DNA of 64,000 bases from the IMG/VR virus record IMGVR_UViG_3300045988_118131; one strand, 5' to 3'. The notes under the pieces are model-generated. The model was not told the origin of the DNA, searched no databases, and saw only the letters and a list, made by a program, of their open reading frames with translations. This stretch comes from a virus. The translations under genes and the position numbers were made by a program. How positions within the stretch are numbered: the first letter of the stretch is position 1; every line of letters begins with the position of its first letter. This document shows, piece after piece, positions 22,974 to 31,922 of this stretch.

Positions 22974-24863
22974 TTAAAATTCTATTCTTTTTCTCTTGGA
23001 TGCCCTCTCTTCTTGTATAAGCTCTTTTCTGTATTGAGATAGCATTCTTTCTACCTCGTTCTTTAAGTATTCTACTTCATGTGTGGATACGTTTCCATCA
23101 TGATCAAAATATACAAGAATTAATTTCTTTATATTAAATTGAGGATTATTTTTCTTAATCATCCAAGCGTAGGTACTTAATTGTAGAGTGTAATGCATGA
23201 AATTACAATCCATTAAATTGTTTAGAGGAAACTTCATCATAGCATATTTTTTAGCAGCTGGATCGTATCCAGATTTCATTTTTAATTCCTTATTAGTGTT
23301 ATGAGTAACAATCATTGATTCTCCAAATAGGAAAGTATGAGATGGACTATCCACCTCTAAACACTGTGTAGCTATTGTATCAACTCTCTCTACAGAAACA
23401 ATATTTCTAAATGAATGTTTGTCTATCAATGGAAAATTAATATCCTGATTTCTTACTAGGAATGGATTTAATCCATTAGTCGAGAAACATACATCCCATC
23501 CTTTAAATATCTTTCCGTTACACCTTTTATCAACTTCAAATAAAGTAGCTTTAATGCCCAACGTACTAACTAATTTAATTAAATCCCTAGCTTGCCACTC
23601 CTGAGTCGTTCCCATAACAAATCTTTTTCTACCCTCATGGTAGTAGCCATCCGTATCCATTAAACCTCTTAGTAAGTCAAGCCTTTGTTGGAATGATGCT
23701 CTCATATATAAGTCAGGAATAAATTTGTTATTTAATAATTCTAGATGATTTAGTTCTTTTCTGATACCATATATGGTTCTCATCTCTGCATGGGCTTCAT
23801 CAGATAGATTATCACCGTATGTATATCCCCTATTTGATATTTCTTCCCACACTTTCGGATTTATATTGGTTAAAATACCACAAGATTTAGAACCGTCTCC
23901 CAACCAACATCCTAATACATAGGGGTCAATCGGCAAATCAATTTCTGGCAGATTTAGAGGTTTACTGTTAAGTATCTTAGGGATATTATAAGAAGTTCTA
24001 GGTTTCTCTATAAGCCACTTAGCAATTTCTTCTGTAGTCATAATTCTATCACTAAAGGTCTTATCTGGTCTTCTGAATGAAATTAACCATCTATGCTCGT
24101 GGTCTGCAACTATAGATTCCCCATTGTCAAATGTAATTTTATAACATGGATTATAATGTATATCTGACTTATGGATAACTTTTGTGATGTTACCATCCCT
24201 ATCAAATATTTCATCACCTTCTTTAATATCACCTATAGTAGTCCATCCTGTTTTAGTAGGAATTACTGTATCTAAAGGTAATCCTTTATAGTCGATAATA
24301 TAAATATCATTTCCGTCCTTGACTAATAAGTCTATTTGTCCTGCTAATCTAATGTGCCCATCTTCAGATACTCTAGAAATTAAATACTCAGGATATACTG
24401 CAGATTCTAAATCTAATGGAGTGTAGTTTTGCTTACAAACGAATTTTCCTCCCAATCCATAAGATTTTAGAGAATAACTAGAAGCTCCAGAGTAAAACTT
24501 TTTTTCCATAGCTGCATGAATTTTAGTTCCTCTTTCACAAGATTCTCTATTAGTCTTAGCCCATTCATCTAATATGTCTTGCTGGGTAGAATTAAAAGTA
24601 ACCTCGTCAATATCATATAATTCTAATACTGAGTTATCCCATTTCTTAGATTTCAATAATCTCGGCTTTTCCATTGCTGCAAATTTTTGAGAACCTATTA
24701 ACCTCTCTAGTGCTTTGTATTTACTCCAAAAATCTTGATCAAAAGGTTGCTCAAATCTACCTATTAAGGTAGTTACAGAAATAAACTTTTGACCCTCATC
24801 ATTCCAATATTGATGAAATTCATCATTATAATTTACATTACCATTTCTCTTATCAACTTGCAT
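22974..24863 (-). CDS. PD-(D/E)XK (RecB/lambda-exonuclease-type) nuclease interrupted by an intein
   Basis: 629-aa ORF. The exteins join as ..GQIDLLVKDGNDIYIIDYK|TNKELK.., which restores the D..(D/E)xK motif. Confidence 0.75.
   Translation of the reverse strand: MQVDKRNGNVNYNDEFHQYWNDEGQKFISVTTLIGRFEQPFDQDFWSKYKALERLIGSQKFAAMEKPRLLKSKKWDNSVLELYDIDEVTFNSTQQDILDEWAKTNRESCERGTKIHAAMEKKFYSGASSYSLKSYGLGGKFVCKQNYTPLDLESAVYPEYLISRVSEDGHIRLAGQIDLLVKDGNDIYIIDYKGLPLDTVIPTKTGWTTIGDIKEGDEIFDRDGNITKVIHKSDIHYNPCYKITFDNGESIVADHEHRWLISFRRPDKTFSDRIMTTEEIAKWLIEKPRTSYNIPKILNSKPLNLPEIDLPIDPYVLGCWLGDGSKSCGILTNINPKVWEEISNRGYTYGDNLSDEAHAEMRTIYGIRKELNHLELLNNKFIPDLYMRASFQQRLDLLRGLMDTDGYYHEGRKRFVMGTTQEWQARDLIKLVSTLGIKATLFEVDKRCNGKIFKGWDVCFSTNGLNPFLVRNQDINFPLIDKHSFRNIVSVERVDTIATQCLEVDSPSHTFLFGESMIVTHNTNKELKMKSGYDPAAKKYAMMKFPLNNLMDCNFMHYTLQLSTYAWMIKKNNPQFNIKKLILVYFDHDGNVSTHEVEYLKNEVERMLSQYRKELIQEERASKRKRIEF
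23298..24284 (-). mobile_element. Intein (329 aa) with LAGLIDADG homing endonuclease; class-3-like
   Basis: aa 194-522. N-terminus GLPLDTVIPT (Gly where Cys/Ser is usual). LAGLIDADG motifs LGCWLGDGSKS and LLRGLMDTDGYY. C-terminus MIVTHN followed by Thr+1. Confidence 0.7.
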
Positions 24864-24864
24864 A

Positions 24865-25500
24865 CTAGTTTTCCATTTGTTTTTTAACTTGGTTATAATC
24901 TAATAGTATTGCTAACCTTTGTATTCTCGGAGATACTGTTTTCATATAGTACCCTAGATTATATTGTGGTTTTGTTTTATATAAAACTATAACCATTCCA
25001 ACAGGGTCACTGACTCCTTCTATTGGATAAAAAGCTACAGCAGAAGCATTACATAATCTAATTTTTCTATATAATTTAGGAAAGGACTCTTTTAATTCGC
25101 CTATACTGTCCGCTCTTAAATACCTTAAATTATGTATTTTGATAAGCTCCTCTCCATAATTTATGTAGCTTAACTCCCTAAACTCTTCTCCCCACATAGG
25201 CTCATCATCTTTAAATTTTTCAGCTAAGAATGTTATATATTTATATGAGAAACCTTGAGAGCTGTGATTATTGTTGTGATAATTTAGCAATATTACATTA
25301 GTCGCGTCTGGATCACTTATAAGTATATACTGTATCTGTGTATTAATTGTAGGCGTTATACGTTCAGTATAACGTTCCGCTTCCATCTTCTCCAATCTCT
25401 CTTTACTAATTAACCTATTAACTACGTTAATGTTAGAAACATTAATGTTAAGTATAGCTAAAATTAGTAAAATAAGAAAGGCTCTATTCTCCTTACTCAT
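24865..25500 (-). CDS. Hypothetical membrane-anchored protein
   Basis: 211 aa with an N-terminal hydrophobic segment. TAG stop 1 nt before the next ATG. Confidence 0.5.
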   Translation of the reverse strand: MSKENRAFLILLILAILNINVSNINVVNRLISKERLEKMEAERYTERITPTINTQIQYILISDPDATNVILLNYHNNNHSSQGFSYKYITFLAEKFKDDEPMWGEEFRELSYINYGEELIKIHNLRYLRADSIGELKESFPKLYRKIRLCNASAVAFYPIEGVSDPVGMVIVLYKTKPQYNLGYYMKTVSPRIQRLAILLDYNQVKKQMEN

Positions 25501-25704
25501 TTGTAGAAAAAATTGAAGACTGTTTTTAAATCAATCTGCTAACATATTCACGCTATTATTTTTAAATGTATAACAATCAAACGATTTTATTTTTGGTTAT
25601 TAACATTATTCCATATTTTCGTGTCTAAGTAATTTTCATTTGTTCATGTGCAAAATTAGCACTAATTTCGTAGAGTAAAAAATGAAATATAAAATATTTT
25701 AGTT

Positions 25705-26013
25705 ATGAATTTAAACGAACAGTTATCTAAATTAGTCAAAGACAAATTCCGCGAGGAAATACAAAAACTACCATTGAGCAGTATTTCCTATTTAAAAAAT
25801 GGTGGAAAAACAGTCAGATTATCAAAAAAGGGAGGTAAAAATAAGATTCACATAAAGAAGGAAAATAGAGGTAAGTTTACTGCTTCTGCTAAGGCTGCAG
25901 GGCAGTCAGTACAAGAACATGCACGTAGTGTATTGAATAATCCAAATGCTACACCTCTACAAAAGAAGAGAGCAAACTTTGCACGTAATGCAGCTAAGTG
26001 GCATCATAAATAA
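25705..26013 (+). CDS. Basic hypothetical protein
   Basis: 102-aa ORF, Lys-rich, LKNGGK motif. Confidence 0.5.
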   Translation: MNLNEQLSKLVKDKFREEIQKLPLSSISYLKNGGKTVRLSKKGGKNKIHIKKENRGKFTASAKAAGQSVQEHARSVLNNPNATPLQKKRANFARNAAKWHHK

Positions 26014-26021
26014 GATTTATT

Positions 26022-27731
26022 ATGAGCGATAAAAATAAATTAGTAAGAAAAATATCAACTGATACTGTTATTCCTTACTTTCCTACTAGTGATAATCTAA
26101 TTAAAGACTTAAAATTAGATAGTATATATAGAAATTCTATCGCTGCTGCTTTTATGCCTCAGTATATAAATGAAAGTGGCGGAAACCCAGAAGAGTGAGT
26201 CAAAACTTCAATGTTTAGAATAGGAGGAAAATTTACTCCTAAGAAATCCCAATTAGTTAAAAATGCAGAAGAACTAAATTCTAAAAGAGATATGAGAAAG
26301 AAACTAATTAAAGGAACTAGTTGACCTAGTACTAAAAAGCGCATGATTAAAAAACAACAGGGAGGAACACTAGATGATGAATTTCTGAATTATGATAATG
26401 TAAATATTTCTGAAACACCTTTACCAGAACTGACCTTTGATACTTCTAATTTTAATCCTTACAATTATATTAGTGAGGAACCATCTAAAAGAGAAGTTCC
26501 GAATCAATCTTCAGAAGAGACTTCTCAGGAACCTAATATTCAAAAGGAAGAGAAGCCTGTTCTAGAAAAGACTGTAAAATCTCCTGACTTCGATCCTAAA
26601 TTAGGATTAATGGGAGAGTTTGTTAAAATAGCTACAGAAGAAGGCATTCCATTTAGGGTAACTAGTGGCTACAGACCTAATTCAATTACTTCAAACGGCT
26701 CTCGCAGTTGACATAGTAAAGGCTTAGCTTTGGATATAATTCCTAAAGAAGGAGTTAGTTGGGAAGTATTTAAGAACTCATTCAACAAAGCTCCTAAAAC
26801 TCTTAAATGAATAAGAGATAATAAGATGGGAATATTAGACGAAACAACTCCAGAAATGTTAGCTAGAACTGGAGGAACAGGAGCTCACTGGCATATAGGA
26901 AGAGATAAAATGGCTGTAGATTCATTCAGTAAAATGTTTCCTATAAGTAAAAATGGAGGAGTTTTAAAGGCTCAATGAGGAACTAAACTTACAGGAGTTT
27001 ATACAGTTAATCCTGGAGATAACTTGACCAAGATTTCTAATTCTTTAGAAATTCCTCAAGACAGCTTACTAAGTTATAATAATATTCCTAAGTCTAAAGC
27101 AAATGATCTAGCAATAGGACAAGAACTTCTGTGAAGAAAGGAGCCAGAATTTCTAGATAATGTAAAGAGATTTTTCTTTGAACCTAAGGAAGAATCAGAC
27201 AAATCAGTGTCTAGAAATAATATAATAGAAAAGAATGTATGACTTAGTAAAACTACTAAACCAGAAGTCAATCCTATTTATTCAACTAGATTTAAAGAAA
27301 AGAATTTTAGAAAGTTTGCCAATACTATGAAAACTATATATTCTGAAGTATTAGACGAATTAGGATTACCTAAGCATAATATATCTAATTTAGTTAGACA
27401 AGATGCGTTAGAAAGTACCTATGGAACTAGCCCTAGAGGTAATGGATACAACTTAGGAGGAATTAAAGTTTTTAATAATAAGGAAACTTTAGGAACTCGA
27501 CATTCTGATGGGTATTACTATAGAAATTTTAAAGACCTGAAAGATTATGCAAGATATAAAATTAAATTACTACATAATGATTACGGAGCCATAGAAGCTC
27601 CGGCAGAACAATTTATAGATGCGTTACACGGAAAGAATAAAAAGAAGAAGATATACAGTGCTGGAAAAGATGCTTATGAGAAATTCAGAAATATGAAGTC
27701 TCTTAATAAATATCTAGATGAATCCAATTAA
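26022..27731 (+). CDS. Three-domain peptidoglycan hydrolase (M15 zinc peptidase + LysM + glucosaminidase-like); read with TGA=Trp
   Basis: ATG 26022. Track ORFs 26343..26711 and 27327..27731 are in the same frame. Seven in-frame TGA, e.g. 26709. Motifs: S-W(TGA)-HSKGLALD (H-x6-D) and GAHWHIG (HxH) for M15; YTVNPGDNLTKIS..LAIGQEL for LysM; RQDALESTYGTS..YNLGGIK for glucosaminidase. Confidence 0.75.
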
Positions 27732-27776
27732 AGTTGGAATTCTTCTTTTAAATGGTTAAACTAATTTTGTACTAAA

Positions 27777-28040
27777 ATGTCATTTAAAGATTTTATTTGA
27801 GACACAGTATCAGAAGGTAAAAACCCTTCTAGTAAAAGAGTGGCTGGATGCTTAGGATGGTTAGTATGTTTATTAGCCTCTATAGTAGCTATATTTTATG
27901 TTATTCCCAGTCCTAATATAATTGAGATGTTATTTTGATCTAGCTGTGCACTACTAGGTATTGACTCAGTTGCAGGAGCTTTTAAACATAATCCATTTAA
28001 GAAAGATGCCAAAGGTGAAGTACGGAACGGAGGAGTATAG
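27777..28040 (+). CDS. Holin-like small membrane protein; read with TGA=Trp
   Basis: 87 aa with two in-frame TGA. Hydrophobic segments GCLGWLVCLLASIVAIFYVI and MLFWSSCALLGI. Lies directly after the hydrolase. TAG stop. Confidence 0.5.
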
Positions 28041-28818
28041 GAATGCATATAATAAAAGAAGTCTAGCCAATTACGATTTTAATTCTAAAACCTATAATTT
28101 AGCTAGACCTCTTCCTGATATTGTTGCTACTCCTAAAAATAATTTAGATTTGGGACAGGTAGTTAGAAATGGAACTTCAAAAATAGGTAAACCTATAGGT
28201 GTAGCTATTACTGAATTAGCAGCATTACATCCTGTAATAGGATTAGCTAAAGCTGGAGTAGATGCTAAACTAGCTGTTAATCAAAGAGATAAAATACTTA
28301 ATAGTCTAGCTGCATTACCAATTCCTGTAATTAGAAATCTTACAAAAGCTAGAAAGATTATTAGTCCTGTAACTAAAACTATGAAGAAAGTTGAACCAGG
28401 AGTTACCAGAATTTCGCTAAATAGTCCTAGTAAAGAATTGGGACATATAGACTTAAGTGATTCTTTTGAAAAGACTGCTGGATTTGATACCATCTATCCA
28501 GAGTATATCAAAGTTAATGAAAAAGGTAAGGGATTATCTAAAGCACTTTATGCTGCAGGTATAAAAGATATGAAAAAGCCTATAATAAGTGGAGAAGTAT
28601 TATTACAACCAGAAAAGACAGTTAAAACATATAAATACTTTGATGGACCAGTATTACCTCCTCTTATTATGGAAGAAGGGTATAATTATCCCAGAAAGAT
28701 TATGGTCAAACCAAAGAATCCTAATTTATATGAAGATACTATAAAAGAGTATCAAAATAAAACAGCTAGATATTCGGACAATCTATCAGAATTATGAAAA
28801 TTAGTGAGTAAGAAGTAA
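28006..28818 (+). CDS. Hypothetical protein; read with TGA=Trp
   Basis: ATG 28006 (MPKVKYG). TGA at 28795 is followed by 6 codons, then TAA. Confidence 0.5.
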
Positions 28819-29603
28819 TGAAACTAAATATAAGAAAATTTCAAAAAGGTGGAAGTAGTAGACTTCCTACATTTAGTCTACCAGAAATAAATATTTATCC
28901 CAATAATAAATGAGGAGATATTGCTAGAAAACAAGGACTAGAAACTGCTAGGAACTGGAGAAAAGTTAGAGAGGGAACAACAGCTGGAATTAATGAATTT
29001 GTTAACGACCCAAGAGCACAGTTTGTTCAAGCCTTATTACCCTTACCTGAAGGATTAGAATATCTTGGAATGGTAGGCAGAAAGGCAATAAAAAGTAAGG
29101 CAGCACAACTAGCTGCAAAACAACTAAATAGAAATATAGATAAAACTAAACTAATTCCTAAGTCACTTCCATCAAATGTAGGCTGAGCACCTACTCAAAG
29201 TGTTAAGGTTATCCACGATAAAAATAATTCAGAAGCCTTAAAATTATTTTTTCCTGAAAGATGAGATGTAATTAATGAAGGAGCTAACCCATTTGGTATT
29301 TGATTTCAAGGTAAGTGAGGATTGCCTAGAGAGGGAGTTAAAGCAGCTAAGGCAGCTAAAGCTAGAGCACTATTTGCTAATAGACCCTATAGAGTTTCTG
29401 GCACTTTAAAATTAGATAAACCTATACAAACTGTAGGTGAAGTTTCTAATAGAGCTGCTCTAACCAAATCAGCTGAGCAAATGGGGGCAGATGGAGTTAT
29501 ATTCAACAATGTTTACGATAATGGTTATTCCAATAATCAAGTTATATTTAGTTTTAAAGACTTAATAGATGGAATAACAACAAAAAAGGCGGCAGGTAAG
29601 TAA
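28818..29603 (+). CDS. Hypothetical virion/lysis-block protein; read with TGA=Trp
   Basis: ATG 28818, same frame as track ORF 29322..29603. Five in-frame TGA. RKFQKGGSS motif. Confidence 0.55.
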
Positions 29604-29622
29604 TTACCCGTCGCCTTTTATT
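29588..29622. terminator. Bidirectional intrinsic terminator between convergent genes
   Basis: GGCGGCAGGTAA-GTAA-TTACCCGTCGCC hairpin (11 of 12 pairs), flanked by A6 on the left and TTTTATT on the right. Confidence 0.7.
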
Positions 29623-29818
29623 ATATTTCTGCATTGGTTTTATTCGCATTATGAGTACTATAATAGGGACTTACTGGTGTGTAAGGAGTACTTGTAGTTG
29701 TTGGAAAATTTAATAGCTTTTCCTCAACGATAGCATCCATTAACTTGAATAGCATATCTAAATCAGCAGTAGGAAGAATTTTTGAAAAATTCTTTATAGT
29801 TTGTTTGTAATTAATCAT
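29621..29818 (-). CDS. Hypothetical protein
   Basis: 65-aa ORF. Confidence 0.4.
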   Translation of the reverse strand: MINYKQTIKNFSKILPTADLDMLFKLMDAIVEEKLLNFPTTTSTPYTPVSPYYSTHNANKTNAEI

Positions 29819-29819
29819 T

Positions 29820-30026
29820 TTATTGTTCTGTTTTTATGTAAATTCCACAATGACATGTAGATCCAACAGGTTGTTGCTTAAACTCTTGACAAAAACATAT
29901 ATTCTCGTCAGTATGTTCTAATCTACATGGGCAATATCTTTTTCCGTAAAGTTCTTTATTTCTTTTTAATCCAGACTGGACTATTTCAACTAATTCTGGA
30001 TTATCTATTATAGCTACCTTCATCAA
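29820..30026 (-). CDS. Cys-rich protein resembling the ferredoxin-thioredoxin reductase catalytic chain (tentative)
   Basis: CPCR..(n)CFC..(n)CHC spacing. Confidence 0.4.
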   Translation of the reverse strand: MMKVAIIDNPELVEIVQSGLKRNKELYGKRYCPCRLEHTDENICFCQEFKQQPVGSTCHCGIYIKTEQ

Positions 30027-30237
30027 TTAAAACAGTTTTCTTGAATACATCATAACACTCCTTCTCATCTTTTCCATTTATTTTTAACAATTCCATACAA
30101 GGTGCATCCTCTAGATTTATATCTCCTTCTAAATTATCTAGTAAGTTTTTAGATAGTATTAAAGAGGTTTGACCATTTAAAGATAGAATCTCCAATTTAT
30201 ATGGAAAATGATTACCGTTCCACCTGTTTACATCCAT
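30001..30237 (-). CDS. Hypothetical protein
   Basis: 78-aa ORF overlapping its neighbours. Confidence 0.35.
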   Translation of the reverse strand: MDVNRWNGNHFPYKLEILSLNGQTSLILSKNLLDNLEGDINLEDAPCMELLKINGKDEKECYDVFKKTVLIDEGSYNR

Positions 30238-30730
30238 TCTCTTTAAATTCGTTATATTGTTCTAATAATATAGGTAAGCTAGACTGTATTCCATACCTGT
30301 CTAGTAAATTGAACAGCTCTTTATATTTTTCATCTACAATTAATGCCATAATTTCTAGTGATAGATGAAAAACTTTTACAGGATTCTTTATTTTATCCTT
30401 TAGTTCCTCTATGATATGCTCTCCTTCCTCTTTTACTTTTTCTTCAAATTCCTCTAAAATGAGATCATCGTCTAACTCTTTAATACTTCCTACACATTCT
30501 TTATTAACTTCTTTTTCATCATTAGCGAGTTCTTTGTCTAATGATTTAACTATTTCTGATAGTTCAGATTTTAACCTAAGCAATTCCTTTCTAAGGAGTT
30601 CAATAGTAGTTTTTTGCTCTTTATTTTCAGCTTGTAATTGTTCAATCTGTTTTACCTTGTCTTGTCCTAATCTCTTTAATTGAGATATAATCCAGGAATT
30701 ATCCATTCCATTAAGTGTTTCATTATTCAT
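30212..30730 (-). CDS. Coiled-coil hypothetical protein
   Basis: 172-aa ORF, Glu/Lys-rich heptads. Confidence 0.5.
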   Translation of the reverse strand: MNNETLNGMDNSWIISQLKRLGQDKVKQIEQLQAENKEQKTTIELLRKELLRLKSELSEIVKSLDKELANDEKEVNKECVGSIKELDDDLILEEFEEKVKEEGEHIIEELKDKIKNPVKVFHLSLEIMALIVDEKYKELFNLLDRYGIQSSLPILLEQYNEFKENGCKQVER

Positions 30731-30756
30731 ATTAATTCATTTTTAATTTAAGATTG

Positions 30757-30842
30757 CGCACGCTATAGGATTCGAACCTATGATGAGGATACCTCCTGGT
30801 AGGTTAACAGCCTACTGCTTTCGTCCACTCAGCCAAACGTAC
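30757..30842 (-). tRNA. Type-II-bodied tRNA with anticodon GUU (Asn-type loop CUGUUAA), discriminator G
   Basis: Acceptor GTACGTT/AGCGTGC. D arm GCTGAGTGGACGAAAGC. Anticodon stem GTAGG/CCTAC. 17-nt variable arm with GAGG/CCTC stem. T arm ATAGG-TTCGAAT-CCTAT. Confidence 0.6.
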
Positions 30843-31039
30843 AATGATTTTATTTACCTAATTCCCATAATGGAATTACACCCTCACTATTGGTATAATT
30901 CCTGTTGGAGTATAATACATAGGTTTACTAAATGTTTGTATTATCCAACTTCCAGCTTTCTTTACAATTCTTTTTATTGTCTTCATAACTGTAAGAATTA
31001 AGTTAATAAATATGTTTATCTAATAGATAATTAATCTTG

Positions 31040-31111
31040 CGCTTCATGTAGGATTCGAACCCACGTATTAACACTTTAGAGATGTTCGCCTAGCCACTCG
31101 ACCAATGAAGC
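31040..31111 (-). tRNA. Amber suppressor tRNA, anticodon CUA
   Basis: Acceptor GCTTCAT/ATGAAGC. Anticodon stem AACAT/GTGTT with loop CTCTAAA. T arm GTGGG-TTCGAAT-CCTAC. Discriminator G. Confidence 0.65.
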
Positions 31112-31122
31112 ATTTGGGAGAT

Positions 31123-31326
31123 TTACACTCCCATTGAAACTAATTCTAGTTTCTTGAATAAAGACCCGTCGTCAACAACAGCTATGGCAGTAGTCTTATT
31201 GTCTAAGTCTGGTTCTTTGAATATTGAGAAGTCCTTGCCAAGTAGGGATAATTTTTCTTTCTCGTGTTCTATATCTGCTGATAAATATATCAAATATTCA
31301 TTACTTCAATCCTTATGCTCTAGCAT
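31123..31326 (-). CDS. Small hypothetical protein; read with TGA=Trp
   Basis: ATG 31326, TAA 31123, in-frame TGA at 31306. The frame is open further upstream without an ATG. Confidence 0.3.
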
Positions 31327-31381
31327 ATATTGAGCAACTGCGTGTCCTCCTTGAACACATCCATATATAGGATTTAATTTT

Positions 31382-31717
31382 TTATCTATCAGCACGTATA
31401 GTCTTTTCATTTTCAATCAAGCTTTTTACTCTACGTGAAAAATATTCTTTCACATAATCTACTCCTAAGTAATTACCATAACCATTCCAACCTTGGTCTT
31501 TCTTATAATTAGACATAACTGTATTTATATATTCCTCCGCATCAACATTATGTTTAACGATATACCATGCAGTATTTAACGCAAATAAAATACAGCGGTT
31601 ATAATAAACTTCTGAGTTAGCTTGATTTCTAGTTTGATAATCTGCTGATTTTCTATTGGCTTTAGCCTTGATTTGTTTTTCTTCTAATTTTTTAATAGCT
31701 TCTAATAAAGTTTCCAT
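31382..31717 (-). CDS. Hypothetical protein
   Basis: 111-aa ORF. Confidence 0.5.
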   Translation of the reverse strand: METLLEAIKKLEEKQIKAKANRKSADYQTRNQANSEVYYNRCILFALNTAWYIVKHNVDAEEYINTVMSNYKKDQGWNGYGNYLGVDYVKEYFSRRVKSLIENEKTIRADR

Positions 31718-31845
31718 AATAATTAATTTTTTAAGTTTAAAAATAGTATCTTACAATTCTCTGAATGATACTTTATTATGGAGAAGCTCTTCCAAAATTA
31801 ATCTATAAAAAAGTGTTCATAATTAATAATTTTAAATTTAGGTAG

Positions 31846-31917
31846 ATCCCGATGTCGGACTCGAACCGACGTTTCAAGATTACAAATCTAGCGTTCTAGC
31901 CTCTGAACTAATTGGGA
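31846..31917 (-). tRNA. tRNA-Thr (UGU)
   Basis: D arm GTTC-AGAGGCTA-GAAC. Anticodon loop TTTGTAA. T arm GTCGG-TTCGAGT-CCGAC. One mismatch each in the acceptor and anticodon stems. Confidence 0.6.
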
Positions 31918-31922
31918 ATATG

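Noticed and set aside
1-29603. TGA=Gly (code 25) instead of Trp.
   Set aside because: TGA aligns with TGG-coded Trp in the internal paralogues and in NUMOD4. The contexts are aromatic or hydrophobic and not Gly-like.
30885-30905. A further T3-promoter-like string, ACACCCTCACTATTGGTATAAT, between the two minus-strand tRNAs.
   Set aside because: It is a single copy. It points away from any plus-strand gene and lacks the rest of the 30-nt early motif.
30780-31001. Track ORFs that run through tRNA genes: 30780..31001, 31912..32172, 43384..43578, 47736..47966, 48388..48723, 48817..49041, and the 5' parts of 48409, 49007, 49533 and 59018.
   Set aside because: They start at non-ATG codons inside tRNA sequence or are antisense to it. 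The tRNA folds explain the sequence, and downstream ATG starts give sensible shorter genes.
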